Shown piece by piece: positions 10,901-20,600 of a stretch of 64,000 nt of DNA. The position numbers and the translations under genes are program-made. The stretch's first letter is position 1, and each line of letters opens with the position of its first letter. The stretch is taken from contig LSRY02000063.1 in assembly GCA_001643675.2 (NCBI GenBank), positions 248,001 to 312,000 of the forward strand, in the 5' to 3' direction. The notes beneath the pieces are model-generated. The model was not told the origin of the DNA and searched no databases. It worked only from the letters and a program-made list of their open reading frames with translations. This DNA comes from Monocercomonoides exilis PA203 (lineage: Eukaryota > Protista > Preaxostyla).

Positions 10901-11290
10901 CAGAACAAGACATCCTTCAATCAGACTCCCTTCAAACATTCTCTCTTTTCCCCACATTTTCCATTCATCACAAAAACTCCATTTTTCACCTTTCCCAATC
11001 TCTCCACTTCTCTCATTCCATTGTTTTGTATATTTCTTCATCATTCTCTCTTCTTTCGAGGTCTCTCTCGCTCCACCTTCATTTCCTTCAACATGTGTGT
11101 CGAATAAATTACTATCTCCATATTTGTTGTTTTGAGCCTTCTCTCTCCATGTGCCTTTTGGATAATCCAATTCTCCTTCTTTCCCTGATTCCTCAACAAA
11201 TCCTGCTCCATAACTTGCAGCACCATTGCACACGCACCCCACACTAATTATCCACATACAATAAAACATTCCTGACAACGCCAATATCAT
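1937..11290 (-). CDS. Giant single-exon type-I surface receptor (3117 aa): beta-helix/Pmp-like ectodomain, TM, TKL/TK-like pseudokinase C-lobe
   Basis: Hydrophobic N-terminus, GGAI/GGG and FxxC/FxxN repeats, and five GxD-x-CG-x4-PCxT/S modules. TM WILIVCIAVVAVLLFALIIFFV followed by RWRK. The C-terminus has SLFMLLH, LRWKAPEL, VFSIGMLLWECLTLQIPF, RP and CWQ (kinase subdomains V, VIII-XI) but no HRD or DFG. Confidence 0.9.
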   Translation of the reverse strand: MILALSGMFYCMWIISVGCVCNGAASYGAGFVEESGKEGELDYPKGTWREKAQNNKYGDSNLFDTHVEGNEGGARETSKEERMMKKYTKQWNERSGEIGKGEKWSFCDEWKMWGKERMFEGSLIEGCLVLVNSSMKLNSLTSMERGGESVLRASDGSSVEVSVCVIGVRREIPPFDLCESCGLFSNISLRSSSTSSSTSTEQVFPPLFSSKAVEGEISEECHISVCSSHFSSFCVSSAPFLSLPSIPLVSLSQLTFFNVSTAPDACPSPTTAFSQTTCLMNSCTFSSVCDVYDGGIVPSLSNPFASLTASNTSFVGCCRTRNVECIGTTEVPLKPDRQNTTANGANSFTWCEWSESKATGKGETYSDGTSNGGAIFMYGQSSATVSIKHCSFNDCYAHYDGGGVMCAKIKSVEIENNTFNSCTAQNQCGGGMYAYSISTCVRISGCDFENSKANSQGGALCLGSFQVSGTGCIGDDSEGGKIACMFSCSFTLCSVTNYYGGGVRCYNVPNQFKMRNIKFISCTAVASGGGLYLEPFKAIAPDEKFYCYFLFFHNCNCKITSNPYGHDVEYVDYYNVHLDSGNPFFECCTTNTDNKRMCYAYNYTNAGAWTFQHTEKKEWLKDKTIYVSVNGSDGYELCGSNESNSCLTVKKAFEMCEVQISLTITLMEGEHQSETTTIEIGSKKISVIGTGKDESSIGTGALSSIGQLFSVSTGHLGMSHLKVDCHSNANPSPSVVVVSDGSGSLSLEDVVVTTSKTGDYVMSSSVFVALLSQLLMTDVEIKDLNVSKPLFSEQDLSSSSLSLSALLMTYQESGDSVLANVKVTNVKLTEGDGVVMAKSVKAEETFVVKNVTIEDCECKAGSGGGIKVDLLSPTSKLRAETLTKFSKCKCSGYGGGIMLRLEDGSHDFSIVSVDFTGCTASSGGNYLFVNGINTASWGITTSTLKNIQSISTLKELVGIDRSDSSMGQFPLNVFLDTFPNAAHVGKAKKGLGGYNSWFCGLDYYPCATITHAAVAQYTDSNKNIELDPGFELAEEVAMADTNEWKIFCATIETKVNVINPETKSSDWLIKTQNTCSCTIENITFSIPTVLTDVTSLILASSALLKLTDCSVGYSSGVDTTYPIEYSFVKATEGNLRLVRFMIKESLTIDGHSFVEFEADMNVVYFEGCSISSVEKKNGDGGLINGVIGKAHASAQDTSGIVVIDSCIIKNCKCHGKENDIGRGGGIFVRMDGKGRVVVNGSNKIGGCEAKNYEGGTKGRGGGMMMEILNSLCTLNISSENAFSSQVLSPNDALYGKDIFIRCGSKIWLNEMVNENSFSFFDKTTTPSDVLKFCGSEDLKDGEVIPLFVYLQSIGSTLTVGRSRDMVLDHSYCGFEKFGCLTIDYCMNTRVDDGLQTVEVVSKSSITNVIKVISRSVNLKGKEESVGEKMKVEVKDGGDTSPNYLIECTKSFEMTNLEFVMNKEINGKRSAFIYSTSTVTITSCSVSFTSDALANEKIAYNILNIAGGELIVDGLMMEIAATLTMNGKSPISMTSGVKLDIKNSRVSGVTVEGGSGEGGGCIGAAINEDGSTIVDNCSFSSVCTGVGGMKGGGMMISAEDGGSLEIKSVTFTGCQVPAEDKLQKGRGVGGGMFVRLADTMGSFKMEGVTFSGCNAWKGKKVFISGNELDEVMSNEQLKWGLSASDEKSLYELCGWERKTTGENGYAIPLVVYLWRNWSKDGFVSNEKGGDFSGCGYSEAPCSSINHLISLRYLTLGKGESQISIGDSGLLSHSISFLSSLPTLPDSEAPAVVIKGTKKGTGVTISDEDENDLDEGSMISSNVSLSFVNVSFTKPSIIARHEVFIDSSGTNTLLSVSDCSFGPGRGVAESFGYCLMRVNGGSVLIERSSLSLISELKGLIAFSPSAGEVTLQNVNISFVDVTERSLISMMEKDNQMNGEKKDFSNGNKPVLRVVGCSFANITKEGIGASVVDVGSFEDGVECVMDECSMSSCKSGLSDEGGGMRVVLKSEESMLKVNGSSFSICKCSSETGCGGGLFIDGSDPHANYGNESQIPPLNFKIVNILFVMNEAHVGKDVFVRCHSIEHQINETLFALNYNQESLNSNNSICGRDGWSEGDVDLIPLITFYYSAQVFVSGRGSDGRGCGAQSSPCSSINCGVEHIQEGVMNAILIDGEGFVTKECVIGDLVVKSFKKTQAIVRLNSKIEKSTEKDCMMVFVNECSVERCSFQFEDGFESTHNYIIKVKNGSLEMRICEFFSSSTAVKLMLNSSIVSVECREVKIFETTFRDIHSTRSVLSFCEESDVIIDEARISNIECEKDVVSVGGKAKVEMKGMGVGNVTLLLKGCVIWMDNAEQEMSVLNSSSGKCVNSEEKGSMMQIRNSKNVRIENCVFDGEKEDEIVNEESNRKEGLCKWNGSLIDIENSNVEMRETAIRNSKAGGLWVSGGSMKIENSKFENNNPEIEGYPSARRNAICTGDSELNVVSVKGGDGLKDNSSLWILDEGCQLGGIASERASFFIPILEEVKNSTQLNGNLDLIISGKLLLPCDLSVKMSMKNGDEEEIVRKEIDEEGFVSENEIHSVISSSELEKMREETEVSVCIVFGKGDLHSSTEPFIVKNMSESQSSGNERIAEGGKGGKSSWILIVCIAVVAVLLFALIIFFVRWRKAKNENKELREIVNDTVRKDPKLIEMVTMEPSPEEQWRRAEREAEKKNEERIKKRVCEKNLGHSESSEHLLSESDSTEYILGKDSDKIPDWALEKEEEEEIRKRTPSPSISSTSTNSTTDSDSTFVRGEDLCPTTSSMSNLVDAIACSSPHEKLIVDLRDSLFMLLHGRNKTKEMAIGTLQEREQTAAQILFWVANLALHSFDEMENGLSSLSTLSPHIVLFSEHMVICIVLHSDLLLSDDSDSDLSSISSSTIVTSASGDDDDDNSLPSSAFEDENDFKNECLRWKAPELLINKKMGATKESVVFSIGMLLWECLTLQIPFGEYPAEVAGGKIFNGERPDMTALVEESGFGKLVESCWQSQRSIRISLDDLKRELFLHFPAGTMILTMSDAIEDEDGTEEEKSKTDDGTQVVSGSQEKFSVNSPKRVKKSRKRFDERKTRNVVEKEMVKGIIIV

Positions 11291-13434
11291 GCCTCTTCAA
11301 CTGTTATCTTTTCTTTTTTCTCTTGCAGACTAATATGGGCACTTCAATAAAAAATAACATTTAATTTTTGTTGAATATCGTATTATCACATCTATTTAAA
11401 TATTCTCATTTGTTGTTTTTCAACATTTATTTATGATCCGATGAATAATAGTGAACAATTTATCCATTTTTGTTGATGTTCTGATATTTCAACCGATACT
11501 CTCCGTCCAGCGATATCCGCCTCTGAGATGGAACAACATATGATTTGGAGCATATAGTTTTGCTGGCTGTATTTTCATGAGAAAAGGCAATTGGGAAAGA
11601 AATGAATGATGTGAAGATTGATGAAACTGGTGAATGGAAGAGGTACGAGCGATGGAAGTTTTGTGGTTCTGCACCAGATATAAATGTGTGTCTTTTGGTG
11701 GATTATTTGTGATATTTTTATTTGAAGAGATTTTCGATGCTTTGAAAGAAATGATTGTTTTTGTCTCGATTGGCTGAAATGGACACTTTTCGCAAAAGGG
11801 ATGGGATGCATGAAACAAGGTTATATGAGCATTTGGGTTGGGTTTTTGATGTGCTTATCTCACAGATAGGGATGGAATTTCACTTCAAAGGAAAGAGGCC
11901 AAAATGTGAAATGAGTGAAAATGGATGTTTTTTGCTGATGCAAAGAGGTTGCAGGAAGGGATGTAATGCGCGATTGGTATGCTATAAACTCTGTTTTATT
12001 TGAGTTTTTTCATGAAAACACTTTTTTTTTTGCTTTTTATTTTTTCATGTGATAGGGCAATGAAAGTAATTCGAAAAATGCTTGTTGGATTCAGTTTGTT
12101 GGGAGAATTTTTTGGAGAAAGAGATTGAAATAATATTGAAGAGGAAAAGAACAAACAACATTTATGATTGTGGATGCAAAGAATGGAGTAGATGCCTTTG
12201 AAACAATTCTGCCATTTTCTTGTTTAATGAATCATCATTTATCAACATTATTTTGGAAGAGAAAAGAAAAGAAATGGATAAATGTTCACTCAACATATTC
12301 TCAGAAGCGACAAAGGCATGATTGAAAGGAGAAGTATTTTATCCTCATCATCTTTTTCAAGTCATTCTTCTTCAAACACCCTCAAGCATCATTATCATCC
12401 TTTTTGCACAGCCTTTTTCTCATCTCCATCAACAATGTTGGAAAAGCTCCAAAGGGAATGATTATCTTGAGAGCAACAAAGAATCCAAGCCATTCCTTTA
12501 ATGATTGAGCTGCTGAGAGGAGGAAAGAGGAAATAGAAAGAATCATCGTTCTTCATCATGTTGCTTCTCATTGGCAGTTGCACATCAATTCCTTGAGGCC
12601 ACAGCCATTTGCGATTATTTTCTTCTTTCATCTGAGCTGCTGTTCTTGTTTTTGTACTTGGCCAGACATATCTCCAGTCACACGCTTCACAATCGTCGTC
12701 ATCATCATCATCTTCTTCTTTTTCTTCCATTTCATCCATTTCATCGTCATCATGAACATCTCCTCCTCCTCCTCCTCCTTTTTTTTCTTCTTCAATTTCT
12801 TTAAATTCTACAAAATTTTCCTTTTCTTCTTCCTCTTCATCGCTTTCTTCATCTTCTCCTTTCTTTTTCGTCTTTCCCACATTCACTGCCTTTGCTCCAT
12901 TTTTCCACTGCCATAATTTTTTTGTTTCTCGTCATTTCAATTGGGACAAAATATTTTGCTTTATGAATATTGTTCCACACAATACTTTCAAATATTATTC
13001 TCAATTTTTAAAATTTACTTTATTTTGTGCATTGCGATTAAAGACTTTTTATGTTATGATTGCAGAAAAAGTTTGGAACAAATCTCAGTTTTTTTCATAA
13101 TTGCAAAAACATTGTCCCAATTTGACGCTGCAGTTTTCAACCGAGTTGCGGAATTATTGTTTTGAGCAAAAAAAAAAAAAAAAAAAACATTTGTGGGATT
13201 ATTTTGGGAAGAACTTTGGTGAAAGAAAGAAGAAAATGAAGAAATTCATAATTAAAAATAAAAAAAATTATTTTTTAGATAAAATTCAATTTTTTTTTTA
13301 TTGCATCACTTCATTTTGATGAATCAGGATGATTAATCACTTTTAGCAAACATATGAAAATAAATTTTTGAACCGTTTTGTGAAATGAATAAAAAAAAAA
13401 TTGTGAGTCATGAAATTCTTAGAATTTCATTTTC

Positions 13435-14890
13435 TCAAACATTCACAAGATAATCTGAAATATTCAACGATGCTCTACAATAATATTTTCTATAGAGATA
13501 ATAAAACATTTTATGAAAGCTAATGATGGTATCTTCGTATCCTTCTTCCATCTTTTCATATATCACCCTTTTGGTTGCTTTTCTTTTCATTTCTTCCATT
13601 TTATTATCCATCTTTTCTTCCATTCGATTTGAAACATTTATGAAAAAAACCAAGAGATAACATGCAATTTTGTCATTCAACGTTGGTTGCTGAAATTCCT
13701 CCAAAATCACATCAATTGCTCCCCCTTTCAGCAAGTCTTCAACTCTCACATTTCTATTTTTTGCTGCACGTCGAAGTGAATCGAGACATCCATTGCAAAT
13801 ATCTTTGTGATTGTCCCTTGATGCTCGAATCATTTGAACAAGGCTGCCTATTAGTCCAGCAAGTTTTTCATTCCACAAACGACTGTATTCAAAGAAATGA
13901 TTCAATGTTTGGATCCATCTCCTGATTACCTGCACTCCATTCGCTTCTTCCTTGCTCATTTCCTCTTCTTTCTTCTTCCAATTCACGCACTTTGTCAGCT
14001 CTTCCATTTCTCTTGCTGCTTCTCTCGCTAAATGCAGTTCATTCGCAATTGTAACTTTCAAGCCGTCATCATTGAACAATCTGCTCATTAAAAAATGCCA
14101 AGCAGACTGATACGCAAGTCGTGTCAGATTTCGACACTCCTGATGAAATAGGATGATTTCTTTAATCTCCTCGTAAAAAAATTCTTTTTTAATTTTCTAT
14201 TTCAGAAATATAATTAAGACTCATATGAAAAATAAAAATTGACAAAACATTATCAAACCTCCAGACAGCTAATATTTGCCAAAGTCAGCAAAGCCATTTC
14301 CACTTCTTTTTGATTCTCCTCGCTTTCTTCTTTCCTCATAGCATCTTTCAGAAGGCAAGGCACACTAATTAATATCAATTCCGTATCGAACCGGTTGCTA
14401 AGAAAAAGATAGCATTCACAAAGATCAACAAGAAGCCTTTCTTCCTCTTCTTCTTTATTCTTCTCATTTTCATCAATTATCATCTCTTTCATTCTCTTGC
14501 TCAATGATGAATAATCAAAATAATATGAATAAATATTTTTTAGCATTTGGCAATATCCAATGTGCTTCAACAACAAAATTGCGTTTCTCCATGACAATTT
14601 CTCTTCTCCAATCATTTGGTCTATTTTATTATACATTCTAACTGTGAAAATAGACTCAAATTCTTCTTTATTCATTTCTTCAATTAATCTATTCATTTCC
14701 TCTATTTTCTGCATTTGTTCATCCTCACTGCAATGCTCCAACTGATCAAACAATTCTTCCTCGATCATCAAAAATCAAAAATATGAGATCTTTGAAAATA
14801 CACAATTAATGTTCGCTAACTTGAAAACTTATCTTCAAGAGACGGCTCTTGAGCATCATCTTCAGATTTGTCTTCATTGCACATTTTCAT
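13435..14890 (-). CDS. Lineage-specific alpha-helical hypothetical protein (about 442 aa, 3 exons), multi-copy oxymonad-type family
   Basis: join(14821..14890,14259..14755,13435..14196). Two GT-AG introns (65 and 62 nt) join the two track ORFs in phase: MKMCNEDKSE...KFSK|LFDQLEHCSEDEQ...ISCLE|KIKKEFFYEEIKEII...LTRLAYQSAW. The family is recognised from memory only. Confidence 0.8.
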
Positions 14891-15039
14891 TCTGTCTATT
14901 TAATACAAAGACAATTTTTGCTGTAAAATTTTAAATGAAAAACAAAAACAAAACAACAAACATTGTTGATAATTGACAAAATTAAAATATAATTGTCAAA
15001 CTCAATCCTTTTGCTCAGTAAAAATCTGTGTGAAAAAAA

Positions 15040-16650
15040 GATGTCACAAAGAAGTCAACAGTTCAGGCTATATTAAGTCAAAAACGAAAGAATTTTATTT
15101 CTTTCTGATCGAACCAACAATAATTTATTCCTTTGAAATGGGAGGCATTTCGAATGAGATTTTGAACGAATTGAAAAATATCCCACATATTTGGTGTTGA
15201 ATGAAAATACATATATATTTTTATTTCAACATTCTGAGCAACACGAAGAAGAAGAGAAAAGACTTTGAAAAAAACTTTACAAAAAAGTGACAAAAAAGCA
15301 ACAGTTTGTTCATTAATCATGCATGTGCTTCAATGCTCTTTAAATAAAAATTCAAACATAAGTATTTCAATTATTGCATTCTCATTTTCTGCTATCTAGA
15401 AGCTTTGCTTCATCGAAATGATTTTTTCTGTTATTTCAGAGTGTTTGCTTGTTTCCATGAATGTTTCAAATTTAATGTGTTGAGAAAAGTTATAAGATAT
15501 CGGGATAATTTTATAATTAATTCCTTTCTTGAGTGAGTTGTTCAAGCTGAATGAAAAATGATGGAAGGGAATCAAGCTTTCATCAATTCACATTTTTTTG
15601 AAAGAAGGGCGAATGATGATTGAATGCCTTTGGAGCAACATCGATGCAACAATGGACAAAATAGTTAATCGAGCATTGAAAGAGATTTTATTCCAAAAGG
15701 CTTTGCGGTTGAGCGAAGATGAAAAAATTCGAGAAGGCGAAGGAGATTGATGCAATATGCGAAATCAAGCTCATGCGGAATTTTGAACTCATTTCAAAAC
15801 ACTTATCGTTAAATTGTGATGCCAATTGATGTGTATTTATCGGTAAAGACGCTTGCTACGTTTTCTGGAAAATCATCATTTTGGATTGTTTTGAGAATTG
15901 TTGTTGATTCGCCAATTTCAGCATGGATTTCGAGACAAATACAGAAATTATACGAGCGACACAGAAGCAGTCTGACAAGGCAGAACAGGCAACAAAAAAA
16001 TGTTTTATCAAATTGAGGTGTGTAATCCAATTAATGTTATATTTGTGCTTTTTTTAAGAAAATAATTTATAAAAGAAAAGAAAAAAAGAAATAGAAATAA
16101 TAAAAAAATTTAAAAATTACAGGAATATTTTCAAGTAATGATAATTTCATATTTTCAATTTTTTTTTTCTCTTTTGATGTAACGTTGCTGATCTTTTGAC
16201 TTTTGCAAGCAAAAATAAATGGCTGGGAAGAAATGGCAAAAGATTGGCTGCTTCAGTCAGTGAAGCAAAAAGATGAGCTTATTAAAAAAAGGGTATTACC
16301 CCATATAAAAAAGCGTTTTTAGTTTGTATTTCGTCTTTTTCTTTCTATTCTTTCAAATTTTTAGATTTATTTTACGAACTTTAAAAATAATTCACTCAAA
16401 AACTGATTCGTCTTTGCAGATCCTTATCAATTCAGACTCAGTAACTTGCAGTAAGTTGTGAATGAACACACCCTCATCGTTCTCGTAGGCTTATGCTTCT
16501 AACAGCATTTGCCTTTGAATGTGTCTTCTTGTTTCTTTCCATCAAAATCGAAGAATCGCTCAGAACGTTGCTGAACAGCAGCTGGATGGAGAGAAGAAGC
16601 ATTAACAGAATGGAGATGCGGCATGATCCGAAGATATCGTCATCTTCAAA
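15040..16650 (+). pseudogene. Degraded fragment of an ABCC/MRP-type transporter, first transmembrane domain
   Basis: Stop- and frameshift-broken pieces occur in the expected order: EFYFFLIEPTII, RALKEILFQKALRLS...GEG, MPIDVYLSV...SPISAWISRQIQK, AKINGWEE. These resemble the F..W..PL, L...IY.KALRLS and IK.YAWE motifs. No NBD is seen. Confidence 0.45.
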
Positions 16651-17697
16651 ATACACTAATTCATAATTATTTTATCGTTTTAACCTATTTTAAAAACGAA
16701 TATATTTATTTTGTGTATCGGAAATGTGTTTTTTTTAATATTCAAAATTTCACTCAATTTATTGTTATTTTTTTGTTTCATTGGTTTGGATCAAAATTTA
16801 TTTTTTTTTAATTTTTGAGCTTATGTTTTTTGAAAAGAAGGAATATCTAAATAAATTCATTTGCACTTTGATTTCAAAAATTTGTGGAACGATTTATCTT
16901 TAATATTTTTTTTGAAAAAAATCACAAATAAATGTGAAATCTAGAATTGAAAAATATATATTTTGTTAAAACGGAAATTTAATTGCTTCATTTTCGAACT
17001 CTAAAAATGATTATTGATGATTATTTCACTTTTTTTTATATCAAAAACAACTTTTTGCATTAAAATTTGAAGAAATATATCATATTTTTTTGTAAATTTT
17101 TTTGATCACAAAAATGAAATAAATATATTTTTTTCCAAAACCATTAACTTCCGATATGCGACAATTGCATAATATTAATATACAATGCATTATTGAATTA
17201 CTGACAAAATCTCATAAAGATCTGAGGATGACGATATCTTCGGATTATACCCCAAAAATTTCATATGTACCAAATTGCTTATCTTTGCACTCAGCCAAAA
17301 TCAAAAATGTTCAAATCGATTTTTTCTTTGAAATCAAACAAATAATAGGACATAGCCTCCAAAAGTTCATGAGGTGAGTAATTTCCAAAAAAAGAAAAGA
17401 AAAGAAAAGAAAAAGATTGAAAAAAAAAAATAAAATGGAAGAAACAACCACTCTTTTACATCAGCTGCTCAGAAGTCGCTCCCAACAAACTTTTCCCACT
17501 CCTGTGGCTCCTCCATCTCATCCAATGTTCCGCCACAGCTCCATTCTCCTGCCTCCCAAATAATCATCCATCCCATCCCTTCAAATCCTTCACCCTCCAT
17601 CACCACTCATTCACCAAACACCAATCAAAGAATACTCTCATCTTCATTTCTCCTTCCTCTGCTTTTCATCACCGTCTTTCAGAAGCCCCAACTCTTA

Positions 17698-20600
17698 TCA
17701 TCCTCCCATTTCTGTGCATGTGCTGCCGCTGTCGCTGCTGCTGCTGCAAATACCCCCACTTCCATAGAACACATCGCTCCCCTCATACAGCCCAATCGCG
17801 TCTGTCGCTGTCACCATCGTTGCTCCCGATGGGAAATACCCAAAAAACTCTCGCTTCAGCCTCCCCAGCTCTGGCCGCTCCCTGCCCTTCTGCAGCACAC
17901 ACTCCTTCACACACCCCGACAGCCTCGACCCCTCCATCATCTCCATGCTTGGCCTCACCCCTTCAACAATCAGCTCCCCTGCCCCCGACCCGTCATACTC
18001 CCCAAACGGCATCTTCAGCGTCACACACTCCCACACCATCATCCCAATCGAAAACACCACAGTCTTCTTCGTCGCATGCTTCTTCGCTCCACTCACCAGC
18101 TCCGGCGCCTTCCACCGAAGGCACTCTTTTTTGAATTCGTCCTCATCCTCAAAAGCAGATGAAGGAAGGGAGTCACTTTCATCATCACTTGCAGATGTCA
18201 CAACAGTCGTTGATGATGAGATGGACGATGAATCCGAGTCTCTTGAGCAGTCTGAGTGCATAGCAACACAGATCACCATGTGCTCTGAGAACAGCACAAT
18301 GTGCGGACTCAGACCATCCAGCGATTGAAGCGCAATTTTGAGCTCGTCAAAGCAATGGAGTGCGAGATTGGCCACCCAGAACATGATTTGAGCTGCTGTC
18401 ACCTCCCGCTCCTCCAGTGTGCCTATCGCCATTTCCTTTGTCTTATTTCTTCCATGCAATAACATGAATAGCGAATCCCTCAGATCCACAATCAGCTTTT
18501 CGTGAGGAGATGAACATGCCATTGGATCCACCAAGTTCGACATTGACGAAGTGGTTGGGCACAGATCCTCGCACCGAACAAATGTGGAATCTGTGTCTGA
18601 AGTATCTGTGGTTGAAGTGGATGAGATGGATGGTGAAGGAGATCTCTTTCTTTTCTCTTCCTCATCATCAACCTTCTCCAGCATCCAATGAGGAATCTTG
18701 TCTGAATCTCTTCCCAAAATGTATTCAGTGGAGCCGCTCTCAGAGAGAAGATGCTCTGATGACTCCGAGTGTTCCAAGCTTTTCTCACACACCCTCTTCT
18801 TTATCCTCTCCTCATTCTTCTTCTCTGCCTCTTTTTCTGCCCTTCTCCATTGCTCCTCAGGTGACATCTCCATCGTCACCATCTCAAATGCTTTGGGATC
18901 CTTTCTCACTGTGTCTTCCACAATCACCTCCAATTCCTCTGTTCTTCTCTTTTGTTTTCTCCATCGAACAGTAGAAATCACAGCAATCATTAAAACCACA
19001 AAAAGAACAATTGCCATAACAATCACAATCAATGACAAAGATGATTTTCCTCCTTTCCCTCCTTCAACAAGTTTTTCATCTCCCCTTGTTTGAGGTTCAC
19101 TTCTGTTCTTCAGAACGAACAGATCAGTTTCTGCATTCTTTTCTCCAAATATTATTGCTGCTGCCACTTCCGACTCATCGGGCAAAGAAGTGATCATCGC
19201 AGACGAAATCGACGAGTGAACTTCTGTTTCTGATGCAAAATCGCCCTCCGAAAACTCCCACTTCTCAATCAGCTTTGTGCTTCCCATTCTTGTCACTATC
19301 TCAAACCCCAGCTTGCATGGAATGAAAAGCGCCCCTCGGAAGCTCAGACACATCACAGCCCCTTCCTCTGCCATGCTCACAGAACCCAGAACAGGAATAA
19401 ACAGCACAGACTTCAGCCCTTCCAGCATCCCTTCCGCCTTGCACCCCTTGTTCAGCATCCACAACGAGCTGTTTTCTTTCGCTCCATCTCCGCCCTTCAG
19501 GCTCACAACTTTCACTGTCGCATCGTCGCTGCAAACAATGTTCCTTCGAATCGATGGATATTTCCCTATCACTGGATTGTTGTTCATGAACCTTCCTTCT
19601 TCAATCATAACCTGCCCTCCTGAAATCGACAAACCTCCTTCACTTGAATTCTCTATGGTTGTGTCTTTCATGTTTGCAACAGTGCCCTTCAAATCAACAA
19701 GTGATCCATCCCATTCACATATATCTTCTCCTTCATCATTCACTATTACATCAAACGTTTGTCTATTCACTCCAAATTTGCATAAATTCATTGACACATT
19801 TCGACAGGCACTCATCATCACCATACTTCCTCTTTCAGGAGATGATGAACAAGACACAAACGAGCTGTTCACAATCTTCACAAAGCTGTCTTTCAACCTA
19901 TCACAGACAATGACTGAGGAAATCAACCCAACGCTAATATTCTCGCATACCAATTGGCTCATCTCTATCTCAGTTCTTTCTTCCTCATCTCCATTTCTAT
20001 TCGCATCACTTGAATACACTTGAATGGCTGATCCTTCGTTGCTCAAAACATTGCTCATTTCCATTTTTTCAAGAATCGCTTTTCCATGACTGCCCAGATA
20101 CACTACATCCTTTCGGCAACTCACATCCTGAACTGAAATTGATGAACACTTCAGACAAGCATTTGACTCCACAACAATTAACTGACTGACTGCTGAAACA
20201 TGAGAAATACTCACTTCTTCAATTGATAAGCTTCCATTCCCAGTGACCAACAGCAGAATTAACAACAAATCCGATTCATCATTTCTTGTTGTTTCTTCAC
20301 ATGAAAATGAACATGAAACAATCTGAGCCGCTCCTGCTTCACTTCGAAGAAATGATCCATGAGCCATCACTAACGAACTCTCAAACAAAACAAACAGATG
20401 AGTCAAAAGCACTTTGTCGGTGCAGCTCAATAGGCTCTCGGCTGATTCATGAATTCCTGAAGTCACTCCGACTTTGGCATGCTGCTCTGAACGGGATGAA
20501 ATGGTCACATTGCATAACTCCAGCTCAGCCGATATTCGCCCTTCTTCGATAATCACAAGTTGGCTGTTGAACTCATATGACAAATGCTGAAGTCCATACT

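Noticed and set aside
11489-12916. Short ORFs upstream of the first receptor gene, including the acidic 163-aa ORF 12395..12886
   Set aside because: Non-ATG or weak starts, low complexity, and no recognisable domain or consistent splice model.
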